From Cryomorphaceae bacterium (GTDB lineage Bacteria > Bacteroidota > Bacteroidia > Flavobacteriales > UBA7312), in NCBI GenBank assembly GCA_042091225.1, contig JBELHW010000004.1:4479-68478 (forward strand): a stretch of 64,000 bases of DNA, written 5' to 3'. The number at the start of each line of letters is the position of its first letter. The stretch's first letter is position 1. This document shows positions 30,019 through 39,571 of the stretch, piece after piece. Made by a program: the position numbers and the translations under genes. Below the pieces are notes generated by a model. It ran no database searches. It worked only from the letters and a program-made list of their open reading frames with translations, and was not told where the DNA came from.

Positions 30019-30357
30019 ATGTCAGATTTTTTAATAAATGGTGGGTTAATACTTACCTATTTAATGATTGCTGCTGCTGCCCTTGCAGCTATAGTATATC
30101 CAGCTATCTTTTTAGCTAAGAACCCTACAAAGGCAAAATCAAGCTTATTGGGTGTCGCTATTCTATTAGTTGTTGCTGTTATTTCTTATGTAATTGCTTC
30201 TGGAGAAATTATGCAGTTTCCAGGATTCGAAAAATTCGAAATGACTTCTGGGTCAACTAAAAGAGTAGGAATGGGATTAATCTTATTTTACTTTTTAGCA
30301 TTTGGTGCTGTTGCTGCAGTTATTTATGCAGAAGTAGGTAAAATATTTAAAAAATAA
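30019..30357 (+). CDS. hypothetical integral membrane protein (3-4 TM) between exbB and exbD
   Basis: Strongly hydrophobic, 112 aa, starting 1 nt after the exbB stop. I recognise no motif. Confidence 0.6.
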   Translation: MSDFLINGGLILTYLMIAAAALAAIVYPAIFLAKNPTKAKSSLLGVAILLVVAVISYVIASGEIMQFPGFEKFEMTSGSTKRVGMGLILFYFLAFGAVAAVIYAEVGKIFKK

Positions 30358-30360
30358 ATT

Positions 30361-30906
30361 ATGGCAAGAAGATCAAAAGGCGCTTCAGAAATCAATGCCG
30401 GCTCTATGGCCGATATTGCTTTCTTGCTACTTATCTTTTTTCTTGTAACTACTACTATGAACGTAGATACTGGTATAGCCAGAAAACTACCGCCATTACC
30501 AGAAGAGGAAATTGAGCAAGACGACTCTCAAATTAAAGCAAAGAATATTTATATTGTACTTATCAACTCTCAAAACCAGTTATTGGTAGAAGGGGAGTAT
30601 ATAGATATTTCTGAACTAAGAGCTGGAGCCAAAACATTTATAAACAATAAAGGTAGAGATCCTGAATCTTCTGATAGCCCTCAAAAAGCTATTATTTCTC
30701 TTCAAAACGATAGAGGCACCTCATACGAAACGTATATAAAAGTACAAAACGAATTGGCTGCAGCATATCGCGAGTTAAGAGATAACCGATCTTTAGTAAA
30801 GTTTGGTAAAAAATATTCGGATTTGAACAAGAGTAAGCAAAAAGAAATTAGAAAGGAATATCCTCAAAAAATTTCGGAAGCAGAACCTAAAAACATTGGA
30901 GGATAA
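30361..30906 (+). CDS. exbD: ExbD/TolR-family biopolymer transport protein
   Basis: INAGSMADIAFLLLIFFLVTTTM N-terminal TM signature and a periplasmic domain. Confidence 0.85.
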   Translation: MARRSKGASEINAGSMADIAFLLLIFFLVTTTMNVDTGIARKLPPLPEEEIEQDDSQIKAKNIYIVLINSQNQLLVEGEYIDISELRAGAKTFINNKGRDPESSDSPQKAIISLQNDRGTSYETYIKVQNELAAAYRELRDNRSLVKFGKKYSDLNKSKQKEIRKEYPQKISEAEPKNIGG

Positions 30907-30908
30907 TT

Positions 30909-31373
30909 ATGTCAAAGTTTAAAAAAGATACAGCTAAAGATACTCCAGGAATATCAACAGCCTCTTTGCCAGATATCGTATTTATGTTGTTGTTCTTTTT
31001 CATGGTTACAACCGTAATGCGTGAAACTACAATTATGGTAAAACAAACCATGCCAGATGCAACAGAAATTAAAAAATTAGAGAAAAAATCTTTAGTTAGT
31101 TATATTTATGTTGGTTCTCCAGTAGAAAGAATGCAAGCTACTTATGGTACAAAAGCCAGGATTCAGCTTAATGACGCTTTTGCTAATGTAGCGGATATAC
31201 CGCAATACATAAACGCAGAAAGAGCAGAAAGAGACGAAAAAGAAATTCCATTCATGACTGCATCAATCAAGGCAGACAAAGACACTAAAATGGGATTAGT
31301 AACTGACGTTAAGCAAGAGTTAAGAAAAGCAAACGCTTTAAAAATTAACTACTCTACACGAAAAACAAACTAA
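30909..31373 (+). CDS. exbD: ExbD/TolR-family biopolymer transport protein (second copy)
   Basis: ASLPDIVFMLLFFFMVTT TM signature, 154 aa. Confidence 0.85.
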   Translation: MSKFKKDTAKDTPGISTASLPDIVFMLLFFFMVTTVMRETTIMVKQTMPDATEIKKLEKKSLVSYIYVGSPVERMQATYGTKARIQLNDAFANVADIPQYINAERAERDEKEIPFMTASIKADKDTKMGLVTDVKQELRKANALKINYSTRKTN

Positions 31374-31394
31374 ACGGTTGTAAATTTATAATAA

Positions 31395-32294
31395 CTAAAT
31401 CCCCTTTTCTTCAGGGGATTTTTTTTTGCTATTGTAGAAAAGATAAAGCAACAACGAAACTGCTAAGCAACACATTATTACCATCGGGATATCTCCGCTA
31501 TTGGCTCCCATACTTTCTATTTTTTTTGAAGCTACTACACTAGAAGAAGTGAAAATAACAAGCACGGCTAAAGCATTGTTTAAAAAGTGAGTTATTACAG
31601 GCAACCAAATGGAGCCACTCCATAAAAACAAATAACCAAAAAACCCGCCAATTAAAAACCTTGGGATAAAACCTAAAAACTGCATATGCAATGCGCTAAA
31701 AAGAAAAGCACTTATCCAAATACCAAAATGAGGATTTTTATTCCATTTTATTAATCCACGCTGAATAACTCCTCTAAACAAAAACTCCTCTCCAATTGCA
31801 GGAATAAGAGCAATAACAACAAGATTGATAACTAAATCAGTATAAGAGTCCATTGCTACAAAATATTCCATAATTGTTGCCGATTTAGCTTCCGAAAGTC
31901 GCATCCAGTTTTCAATTTGTGCCATAAATTCTGGCAAATGCAAACCTTCGTTCCAAAGCGCTAAAAAATTAATAATTGGCAGACAAAATAACATAGAACA
32001 AATAGCAAGAAGCAATTGAGCTCTAGTAAAAGATGTAGAAATAACAAATTTCTTTTCTGTGAGAAAAATAAAAATAATGGAAGAAAGGATAAAAATTCCT
32101 ATCGAACTCCAAGATTGAAGCCACTTATATAAATCAATATTTTGGCCATTAATAGAGTCGGTAGTACCCGAAACAACTACAGGAGTTATGCCAATGATAT
32201 AACACGGAATAAACGATATTATAAGAACTAAAAACAATAACAAAAACTGATTTTGTATTGCTAAATGTTGGTATTTCCCTTTCCAATTGCTCAT
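31395..32294 (-). CDS. CPBP-family intramembrane glutamic endopeptidase (CAAX protease-like)
   Basis: Multi-TM protein with AIGEEFLFRG, FSALHM and HFLNN motifs. Stop is TAG (31395-31397). Confidence 0.8.
   Translation of the reverse strand: MSNWKGKYQHLAIQNQFLLLFLVLIISFIPCYIIGITPVVVSGTTDSINGQNIDLYKWLQSWSSIGIFILSSIIFIFLTEKKFVISTSFTRAQLLLAICSMLFCLPIINFLALWNEGLHLPEFMAQIENWMRLSEAKSATIMEYFVAMDSYTDLVINLVVIALIPAIGEEFLFRGVIQRGLIKWNKNPHFGIWISAFLFSALHMQFLGFIPRFLIGGFFGYLFLWSGSIWLPVITHFLNNALAVLVIFTSSSVVASKKIESMGANSGDIPMVIMCCLAVSLLLYLFYNSKKKSPEEKGI
31397..31427 (+). terminator. rho-independent terminator of the exbBD operon, embedded in the last codons of the convergent CPBP gene
   Basis: AAATCCCC (31397-31404) pairs with GGGGATTT (31414-21), followed by a 9-T run. 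An A/T-rich tract also follows on the minus strand, so it may act bidirectionally. Confidence 0.7.
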
Positions 32295-32326
32295 CGATAA
32301 AAAGTATTAGTTTTGCACCATAGTAT

Positions 32327-33322
32327 ATGAGCGTAAAGATAGGAAATATCGACTTAGGGGAATTCCCACTTTTATTAGCACCTATGGAGGACGTAAGTGA
32401 CCCTCCATTTAGAGCACTATGCAAAAAGAATGGCGCTGATGTGATGTTTACAGAATTTATTTCTTCTGAAGGGCTTATTAGAGATGCTGCCAAAAGTGTG
32501 CAGAAGCTAGATATTTTCGAATATGAAAGGCCGATTGCTATTCAAATCTTTGGCCATGACATCGAGTCTATGAAAGAATCTACTCGAATATGCCAAAAAG
32601 CAAATCCTGATTTTATAGACATAAACTATGGTTGTCCCGTAAAAAAAGTAACCTGTAAAGGTGCTGGTTCCGGAATTTTGAAAGACATTCCTAAAATGGT
32701 TTCGATGACTAAGGAAATTGTAAACTCTACAAACTTGCCAGTAACCGTTAAAACAAGATTAGGTTGGGATGATAACTCCAAACATATTGTAGATGTTGCC
32801 GAACGATTGCAAGATGTAGGCATTCAAGCAATTTCTATTCATGGAAGAACAAGAAAACAAATGTATAAAGGCGAAGCGGATTGGAGTCTTATTGCAGATG
32901 TCAAAAACAATCCTAGAATGAAAATTCCTGTTTTCGGAAATGGAGATGTAGACAGCCCACAAATGGCAAAACATAAAAAAGATACCTATGGAGTAGATGG
33001 CATAATGATAGGTAGGGCTGCAATTGGTTATCCTTGGATATTTAATGAAATTAAACATTTTTTAAAAACCAATGAAGAACTTGCCAAGCCTACAATGCAA
33101 CAAAGAATAGATTTGTGTAAAGAACACTTAAAATTTTCCTTAGAATGGAAAGGACCAATATTAGGAGTAGTAGAAACAAGAAGGCATTATACTAATTATT
33201 TTAAACACATCCCTAATTTTAAAGATTATAGGATGCGTTTAGTTACAGCAAATCAAGCAGAAGATTTATTTAATATTTTGCACGAAATAGAAAATGTATT
33301 TGGCGACTATCAATTTCAATAA
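32327..33322 (+). CDS. dusB: tRNA-dihydrouridine synthase
   Basis: LLAPMEDVSDPPFR, NYGCPVKKV, ISIHGRTR. C-terminal helical domain. Confidence 0.9.
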   Translation: MSVKIGNIDLGEFPLLLAPMEDVSDPPFRALCKKNGADVMFTEFISSEGLIRDAAKSVQKLDIFEYERPIAIQIFGHDIESMKESTRICQKANPDFIDINYGCPVKKVTCKGAGSGILKDIPKMVSMTKEIVNSTNLPVTVKTRLGWDDNSKHIVDVAERLQDVGIQAISIHGRTRKQMYKGEADWSLIADVKNNPRMKIPVFGNGDVDSPQMAKHKKDTYGVDGIMIGRAAIGYPWIFNEIKHFLKTNEELAKPTMQQRIDLCKEHLKFSLEWKGPILGVVETRRHYTNYFKHIPNFKDYRMRLVTANQAEDLFNILHEIENVFGDYQFQ

Positions 33323-34048
33323 ATGAAAGAAACAAGAATCAATAAGTTTTTAAGTGAGGCAGGCTATTGTTCAAGAAGAGCAGCCGACAGGCTAATTGAG
33401 CAAAATAGAGTCACTATAAATGATGAAGTGCCTCTAATGGGAACTAAAATTGTACAAGGAGATATAGTAAAGGTAGACGGCAAACTAATTAGCAAAAAAG
33501 AAGAAAAACCAGTTTATATTGCTCTAAATAAACCTGTAGGAATTGTATGTACTACAGATACAAAAGTAGAAAAAGACAATATAATTGATTTTATGGGCTA
33601 TCCTAAAAGGATTTTTCCAATTGGAAGACTAGATAAAGCAAGTCAAGGACTGATTCTGATGACTAATGATGGCGATATAGTCAACAAAATTTTAAGAGCA
33701 AAAAACAACCACCAGAAAGAATATATTGTTCAGGTAAATAAAGAAATAACTCAAGATTTTTTACATCAAATGAGAAATGGTATCCCTATTTTAGATACTG
33801 TTACTAAAAAATGTGAGGTAGAACAAGTAGGAAAATATAGATTTAAAATCGTTCTTACACAAGGACTCAATCGCCAGATTAGAAGAATGTGCGAATACTT
33901 AGATTTTAGAGTTATGCTATTGAGAAGAGTCCGCATCATGAATATTCATCTGGATATTAATATCGGAGAATACCGTGAGCTAACAAAAAAAGAATTAAAA
34001 GATCTAAACGAGCTGATAAAAGATTCTACAAGTACATTTGAGCCTTAA
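33323..34048 (+). CDS. rRNA pseudouridine synthase, RsuA/RluB/RluF family
   Basis: N-terminal S4 domain (RINKFLSEAGYCSRRAADRLI) and catalytic GRLDKASQGLILMTNDGD. Confidence 0.85.
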   Translation: MKETRINKFLSEAGYCSRRAADRLIEQNRVTINDEVPLMGTKIVQGDIVKVDGKLISKKEEKPVYIALNKPVGIVCTTDTKVEKDNIIDFMGYPKRIFPIGRLDKASQGLILMTNDGDIVNKILRAKNNHQKEYIVQVNKEITQDFLHQMRNGIPILDTVTKKCEVEQVGKYRFKIVLTQGLNRQIRRMCEYLDFRVMLLRRVRIMNIHLDINIGEYRELTKKELKDLNELIKDSTSTFEP

Positions 34049-35241
34049 AATACTTTTTTACTCATATAGTTAGCCGGAATAAAAGATGTTACTACTCCGA
34101 TTACACTAACGGTCACATAAACTAAAATAAGGTCTAGAATCTTTACCTCAACAGGGTAAGCATCAATCACAAAAGAGCCCTGACCCATTCCTAACAAACC
34201 AAATTCTAATTGGAGCCAACAAACAAATAAACCAATAGCTAGTCCTAAAGCTATTCCTAATTGAGTTGTCAATACACCCTCGAGTAAAAAAATATTTCGA
34301 ATTGTTTTTGGCTTTGCACCAAGATTAGATAATGTTTGAATGTCTTTCTTCTTGTCAATCATTAGCATACTCAAAGAGCCAATGATGTTGAAAGAGGCAA
34401 TAATTAATATAAAGCTAAGAATTAAGTAAACAATGAGTTTTTCAGAATTCAAAATTTTATATAAAAATGCATGTTGCTGATAACGATTTTCTACAAAATA
34501 TTTGTCGCCTATCTTTTGCTGAATTTGAGCTTGTAATTCTAAAATTTGATCTTCCTCACAAAACACTTCTATATAGGTAGACTGTAGTGGTTTGTTAAGT
34601 ATTTTTCTAACAAAAGAAATAGGAGCTAAAACATACTCACTATCAAAGTCCGATTGTATAGAAAAGACACCAACAGGCACCAAGCTTTTCTGAATGAATG
34701 CAGATTCTGCAGCCAATAAACTTTTCTTTTCTCTATTAGGAACAAAGACTTGAAGCTGGTCAAACATATCTCCTATTCCCATACTCAAATAATAAGCAAC
34801 TCCCTGACCCACTACACAATTATTATTTTCGTAATTGGAAATATAATTTCCAGAAACGAGCATTTTGTCAATTGAATTGATGTTTTGAAAATTCTTATCG
34901 ACTCCCTTAATGGTCGCAATGTATTCTTTATCCTGATAACGCAACAATACTTTTTCTTCTAAACTTTGAGAATACAAAATATCGTTCTGATCTAATGTAG
35001 TTTTTACCTCATCGAAAGAGGAGGTTTTTCCTTCTACAACGCTAATTTTTAAGGCAGGATCGAAAGAATCGTATAAAGAAAGAATAAGCTGACCAAAACC
35101 GTTGAACACTGAAAGCACTATTATTAGAGCAGCTGTACCAACTAATACGCTTAAAATAGAAGCATAAGATACAAGATGAACAATGTTTCTCGACCTTTTT
35201 GAAAACAGATATCTTTTAGCAATATAAAAAGCGAACTTCAA
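34045..35241 (-). CDS. FtsX-like ABC transporter permease (LolC/LolE-like)
   Basis: FAFYIAKRYLFSKRS N-terminus, a large periplasmic loop after TM1, and a C-terminal 3-TM FtsX domain. Confidence 0.8.
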   Translation of the reverse strand: MKFAFYIAKRYLFSKRSRNIVHLVSYASILSVLVGTAALIIVLSVFNGFGQLILSLYDSFDPALKISVVEGKTSSFDEVKTTLDQNDILYSQSLEEKVLLRYQDKEYIATIKGVDKNFQNINSIDKMLVSGNYISNYENNNCVVGQGVAYYLSMGIGDMFDQLQVFVPNREKKSLLAAESAFIQKSLVPVGVFSIQSDFDSEYVLAPISFVRKILNKPLQSTYIEVFCEEDQILELQAQIQQKIGDKYFVENRYQQHAFLYKILNSEKLIVYLILSFILIIASFNIIGSLSMLMIDKKKDIQTLSNLGAKPKTIRNIFLLEGVLTTQLGIALGLAIGLFVCWLQLEFGLLGMGQGSFVIDAYPVEVKILDLILVYVTVSVIGVVTSFIPANYMSKKVF

Positions 35242-35245
35242 TCTA

Positions 35246-35590
35246 CTATTTATTATTATTTAATAAATCCTCTATTTGGGCTGAATAGTCAACCGAATCG
35301 TCTAAAAAGAATTTTAACTCAGGTACTTTACGCATTTGGTTTTTAACTCTTAAACCCAATTTTCTACGAATAACATTTGCCTTAATGTTTATAGTTTTTA
35401 ATAGGTTTTCTTTTTCTTCTGTACCAAAAACACTAACATATACTCTAGCAACAGACAAGTCGGGCGAAACCCTTACAACTGTTACAGAAACAAAAGATGT
35501 TCCTATTATATCTCTACCATTAATCTGAAAGATTTCCGATAAATCTTTTAAAATCTGACGCGATACTTTTTTCTGACGTGTACTTTCCAT
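35246..35590 (-). CDS. rbfA: ribosome-binding factor A
   Basis: 114 aa. VTVVRVSPDLSVARVYVS, KVPELKFFLD. Confidence 0.9.
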   Translation of the reverse strand: MESTRQKKVSRQILKDLSEIFQINGRDIIGTSFVSVTVVRVSPDLSVARVYVSVFGTEEKENLLKTINIKANVIRRKLGLRVKNQMRKVPELKFFLDDSVDYSAQIEDLLNNNK

Positions 35591-35594
35591 ATAA

Positions 35595-35602
35595 CAAAGA
35601 TA
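35595..35602 (-). promoter_or_regulatory. candidate -7 box (TATCTTTG) for rbfA, 4 nt from the ATG
   Basis: The forward strand reads CAAAGATA. Perfect TAnnTTTG on the minus strand. Confidence 0.45.
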
Positions 35603-35632
35603 AATTTTTAAGAATCAATGAAGCAAAATAAA

Positions 35633-35640
35633 TACATTTG
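35633..35640 (+). promoter_or_regulatory. candidate -7 box (TACATTTG) for the ABC exporter gene, 5 nt from the ATG
   Basis: Perfect TAnnTTTG followed by CATTT and then the ATG at 35646. Confidence 0.45.
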
Positions 35641-35645
35641 CATTT

Positions 35646-37466
35646 ATGAAAGATTTCATACGTGTGCTAAACTTTGTAAAACCATATTGGATTTATGGCG
35701 TTTTTAATGTGTTATTTAATATACTAACCGTTCTCTTTTCCTTGGTTTCTATAACCATGATTATTCCTTTTTTAGGACTGTTGTTTGGAACCCAACAAAA
35801 AGTATATCAAGCACCACCACTTTCGTTAAATGCCGACTCAATTAAAGAAAACTTCTACTTTCTCATTACCGAAATTATAGATGAGAAAGGACAAGTAGAA
35901 GCACTATTTTTTGTTTGTGGACTAGTTTTAACTATGTTCTTTTTACGAAATTTGTTTCGTTACCTTGCTCTATTCTGTCTATCTCCAATACGCAACGGTG
36001 TAGTAAGAGACATGCGAGATGAACTACACAAAAAAGTACTTACTCTACCCCTAGCCTTTTATACCGAAAAACGAAAAGGAGATATCGTATCTCGAATGAC
36101 AGCCGATTTGGTAGAAATAGAATGGTCTATTATGAGTTCTTTAGAAATGATTTTTAAAGATCCATTAAACATCATAATTTTCTTAATTACATTGGTGGCA
36201 TTAAGTCCACAGCTAACAATTTTTGTAGCTATTTTATTTCCTATAACTGGTTTCTTAATTGCTAGAATAGGAAAAAGTTTAAAAAAATCTTCTCAAAAAG
36301 GGCAATCTAAAATGGGAGATTTATTGTCTATTATAGACGAAAATATTTCGGGACTAAGAATGATAAAAGCGTTTAATTCTGAAACTAAGTCACAACAGTC
36401 GTTTCAAAAAAATAGCGACGAATATAGGAGTGTCATGACAAAGCTTTTAAGAAAAAAAGACTTGTCTTCTCCAATGAGCGAGTTTTTAAGCACTATAGTT
36501 TTAGTTTGTGTAATGTGGTTTGGAGGCCAGTTAGTTTTAGGCAGAAAAAGTGATTTATCCCCAGAAGAATTTATAGGCTATATTGTTATTTTTTCTCAAA
36601 TTATTCCTCCTGCAAAATCCTTTACAAATGCATTTTACCACATTCAAAAAGGGAGTGCTTCTGCCCAAAGAATTGTAGAAATATTAGATACTGAAAACCC
36701 TATTAAAGACCCAATTAATGCGGTCTCTAAAAAAAGTTTTGAAGCATCTATTGAAATGAAAAATATTTTCTTTCAATACGAAGATGCTGTTGTTTCAAAT
36801 AATATTTCTTTCGCAATAAAAAAAGGCCAAACTTTAGCAATTGTTGGCGAATCTGGCAGTGGTAAATCTACCATTGCTAATTTTTTACCACGATTTTATG
36901 ATGTAGATAAAGGAGAGGTTTTAATTGACAATACAAACATTAAAGATATTTCCTTGCAAGATCTTCGCTCTTTAATGGGCATTGTTTCCCAAGAGTCTAT
37001 TTTATTTAACGATTCTGTTTTTTATAATATCACTATGGGCCAAGAAAATGCCAAATTAGAGGAGGTAATTGAAGCTGCTAAAACTGCCAATGCCCACGAA
37101 TTTATTGAAGAAATGAGCCAAGGCTATCAAACTAAAGTTGGTGATAGAGGAAATAAATTATCGGGAGGACAAAAACAACGTATTGCAATAGCTAGAGCCA
37201 TTTTTAAAAATCCGCCAATACTAATTTTAGATGAAGCGACTTCGTCGCTAGACACTAAGTCGGAAAAGCTCGTGCAGGATGCTCTCAAAAAACTAATGAA
37301 AAATAGAACTTCTTTAGTAATTGCTCACCGTTTATCTACTATTCAAAATGCAGATAATATTTTAGTGTTAAAAAAAGGCAAAGTAGTAGAGCAAGGAAAT
37401 CACAATGATTTATTAGAGCAAAATGGCATCTATAAATCGCTACACGATTTTCAAATGGTAAATTAA
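35646..37466 (+). CDS. ABC transporter, fused permease/ATP-binding protein (MsbA-like exporter)
   Basis: Six-TM N-terminal domain. Walker A GESGSGKST, signature LSGGQKQR, Walker B ILILDEATS. Confidence 0.85.
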   Translation: MKDFIRVLNFVKPYWIYGVFNVLFNILTVLFSLVSITMIIPFLGLLFGTQQKVYQAPPLSLNADSIKENFYFLITEIIDEKGQVEALFFVCGLVLTMFFLRNLFRYLALFCLSPIRNGVVRDMRDELHKKVLTLPLAFYTEKRKGDIVSRMTADLVEIEWSIMSSLEMIFKDPLNIIIFLITLVALSPQLTIFVAILFPITGFLIARIGKSLKKSSQKGQSKMGDLLSIIDENISGLRMIKAFNSETKSQQSFQKNSDEYRSVMTKLLRKKDLSSPMSEFLSTIVLVCVMWFGGQLVLGRKSDLSPEEFIGYIVIFSQIIPPAKSFTNAFYHIQKGSASAQRIVEILDTENPIKDPINAVSKKSFEASIEMKNIFFQYEDAVVSNNISFAIKKGQTLAIVGESGSGKSTIANFLPRFYDVDKGEVLIDNTNIKDISLQDLRSLMGIVSQESILFNDSVFYNITMGQENAKLEEVIEAAKTANAHEFIEEMSQGYQTKVGDRGNKLSGGQKQRIAIARAIFKNPPILILDEATSSLDTKSEKLVQDALKKLMKNRTSLVIAHRLSTIQNADNILVLKKGKVVEQGNHNDLLEQNGIYKSLHDFQMVN

Positions 37467-37485
37467 ACCAAGCCTTTTTTTTTAA

Positions 37486-37493
37486 TACTTTTG
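37486..37493 (+). promoter_or_regulatory. candidate -7 box (TACTTTTG) for ispG, 6 nt from the ATG
   Basis: Perfect TAnnTTTG. It overlaps the TTG at 37491 that the ORF track uses as the start. Confidence 0.45.
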
Positions 37494-37499
37494 TTACCT

Positions 37500-39434
37500 A
37501 TGTCGAAACCTCTTTATTGCAATAGTTTAACTCAATTTTCAAGACTCAAAACTAGAGAAGTTATGATTGGCTCTGTTGGTGTTGGAGGAGATAATCCTAT
37601 CCGAATTCAGTCCATGACAACTACCGATACTATGGATACCATTGCTACCGTTGACCAATCTATAAGAATGATTGACGCAGGTTGTGAGATAGTAAGGATA
37701 ACCGCTCCAAGTAAAAAAGAGGCAGAAAATTTACAAAACATAAAAGACGAACTTCTAAAAAGAGGCTATAACACTCCTTTGGTAGCAGACATACATTTTA
37801 CTCCAAACGCTGCAGAAATAGCAGCTAGAATAGTAGAAAAAGTAAGGGTAAATCCAGGAAATTATGCCGATAAAAAGAAATTTGAGCATATAGAATACAC
37901 CGATCAAACTTATACTTCTGAACTGTTACGGATTAAAGAACGATTTATTCCATTAGTCCGAATCTGTAAAGAATACGGAACTGCTATGCGAATAGGTACT
38001 AATCACGGTTCTTTGTCGGACAGAATTTTAAGCAGATATGGCGATACTCCTCTAGGAATGGTAGAATCTGCATTAGAGTTTTTACGAATTTGTCAGCAAG
38101 AAGATTATCATAATATCATTTTGTCCATGAAAGCGAGTAACACTCAGGTAATGATACAGGCTTATCGACTTCTGATTATTAAAATGAAAGAAGAAGGAAT
38201 GGACTATCCTTTACATTTAGGTGTTACTGAAGCAGGAGAAGGGGAAGATGGAAGAATAAAATCGGCTGTAGGAATTGGTACTCTTTTAGAAGACGGAATA
38301 GGCGACACCGTTAGAGTATCACTTACCGAAGAACCCGAGTTCGAAATACCAGTAGCTAAAGAATTAGTAGCAAGATATAACGACAGATCGAACCACGAGC
38401 CAATAGCCGAAATTGAAAATTATCCTATTGATTCCTTCAGTTACCAAAGAAGAAAAACAAGAGAAGTACTAAACATTGGAAACAAAAATGTTCCGATTAT
38501 AATGCACGACTTTTGTTTGAAAGAAAAAATTAAACCAGCATCCTTATTTGCTTTAGGATACAATTATTCGGTGCCTTTAGATAAATGGAATATTAGCGAT
38601 ATGGCTTGCGATTATATTTTTGTTGGAGACAAAGAAATTGATTTTCAAATTCCAGGTACTTTAGCAATTATTCAGAACTTAAAGGTATGGCAAAACAATT
38701 CTCAAAAAGAAAGGTTCTATCCCTTTTTATCTGCAAAGACATATTTAAAAGGAGGAAAATTCTCTGACAAAATGAATATGGTTTATGCTTGTCTTGAAGA
38801 TATTAGCAGTGCGTTTATTCAAAAAATAAAAGCAGACAAAACCATTGTTTTAGTTATTGATAGTTATAACAAACACGGAATGGCTGAGCAACGAAAATTA
38901 TTTACCGAACTAATCCATCATTTGTGCGATGTACCTGTTATAATTGGCAGAGCCTATGGTAATTTAACTACAGAGCAATTACAATTACAAAGTGCTACCG
39001 ATATGGGGGCTTTATTAAATGACGGTTTAGGAGACGGAATTTTTATTGCAGCCCAAAATTGTGGTTCCGATCAAATGATTAACCAAACAGGATTTGGAAT
39101 TTTACAAGCTAGCAGAACTCGTATTTCTAAAACAGAATATATCTCTTGTCCATCTTGCGGACGTACTTTATTTGACCTTCAAGAAACTACTGCCAAAATA
39201 AGAGCAAAAACAAACCACCTAAAAGGAGTCAAAATAGGAATAATGGGATGTATTGTAAACGGACCAGGAGAAATGGCTGACGCTGACTACGGATACGTAG
39301 GTACGGGAGTAGGAAAAATAACTCTATATAAAGAAAAAGAAGTGGTAGGTCGTAATATAGAAGAAAAAGAGGCAGTACAAGCACTTATAGACCTTATTAA
39401 AAAACACGGAGACTGGGTCGAGCCTGTAGCTTAA
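37500..39434 (+). CDS. ispG: 4-hydroxy-3-methylbut-2-en-1-yl diphosphate synthase, long three-domain form
   Basis: IRIQSMTTTDT, VRITAP, LVADIHF, RINPGN-like VRVNPGN. C-terminal 4Fe-4S domain CPSCGRT followed by GCIVNGPGE. A ~270-aa insert separates the TIM-barrel and Fe-S domains. Confidence 0.95.
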   Translation: MSKPLYCNSLTQFSRLKTREVMIGSVGVGGDNPIRIQSMTTTDTMDTIATVDQSIRMIDAGCEIVRITAPSKKEAENLQNIKDELLKRGYNTPLVADIHFTPNAAEIAARIVEKVRVNPGNYADKKKFEHIEYTDQTYTSELLRIKERFIPLVRICKEYGTAMRIGTNHGSLSDRILSRYGDTPLGMVESALEFLRICQQEDYHNIILSMKASNTQVMIQAYRLLIIKMKEEGMDYPLHLGVTEAGEGEDGRIKSAVGIGTLLEDGIGDTVRVSLTEEPEFEIPVAKELVARYNDRSNHEPIAEIENYPIDSFSYQRRKTREVLNIGNKNVPIIMHDFCLKEKIKPASLFALGYNYSVPLDKWNISDMACDYIFVGDKEIDFQIPGTLAIIQNLKVWQNNSQKERFYPFLSAKTYLKGGKFSDKMNMVYACLEDISSAFIQKIKADKTIVLVIDSYNKHGMAEQRKLFTELIHHLCDVPVIIGRAYGNLTTEQLQLQSATDMGALLNDGLGDGIFIAAQNCGSDQMINQTGFGILQASRTRISKTEYISCPSCGRTLFDLQETTAKIRAKTNHLKGVKIGIMGCIVNGPGEMADADYGYVGTGVGKITLYKEKEVVGRNIEEKEAVQALIDLIKKHGDWVEPVA

Positions 39435-39522
39435 ACTCATCTCTATTTTCAAAAGGATTGAATTTTAATCGTCCCAAAATAAAAACCCATCAAATTATTA
39501 AACAATAAAAAGGTATCTCAAT

Positions 39523-39556
39523 AAAAAAAGCCCGAGCAATTTGCTCGGGCTTTTTT
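39523..39556. terminator. bidirectional rho-independent terminator between ispG and the convergent nucleotidyltransferase gene
   Basis: GCCCGAGCAA (39530-39) pairs with TTGCTCGGGC (39541-50). It is flanked by an A-run on the left and a T-run on the right. Confidence 0.85.
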
Positions 39557-39571
39557 ATATGTTTGATTTAT

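Noticed and set aside
29205-31373. The exbB-hypothetical-exbD-exbD cluster without tonB as an unusual system
   Set aside because: This four-gene arrangement, including the small membrane protein and an ExbB with an acidic N-terminal extension, is the common Bacteroidota layout. tonB is often encoded elsewhere.
32149-32493. 114-aa minus-strand ORF spanning the CPBP-dusB divergent region
   Set aside because: It overlaps the well-supported 5' ends of both genes in other frames and has no recognisable features.
37500-39434. The 645-aa IspG as a possible novel gene fusion
   Set aside because: A long IspG with an extra domain inserted between the TIM-barrel and the 4Fe-4S domain is the known form in Bacteroidota, Chlamydiae and plastids. 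It is not a novelty.
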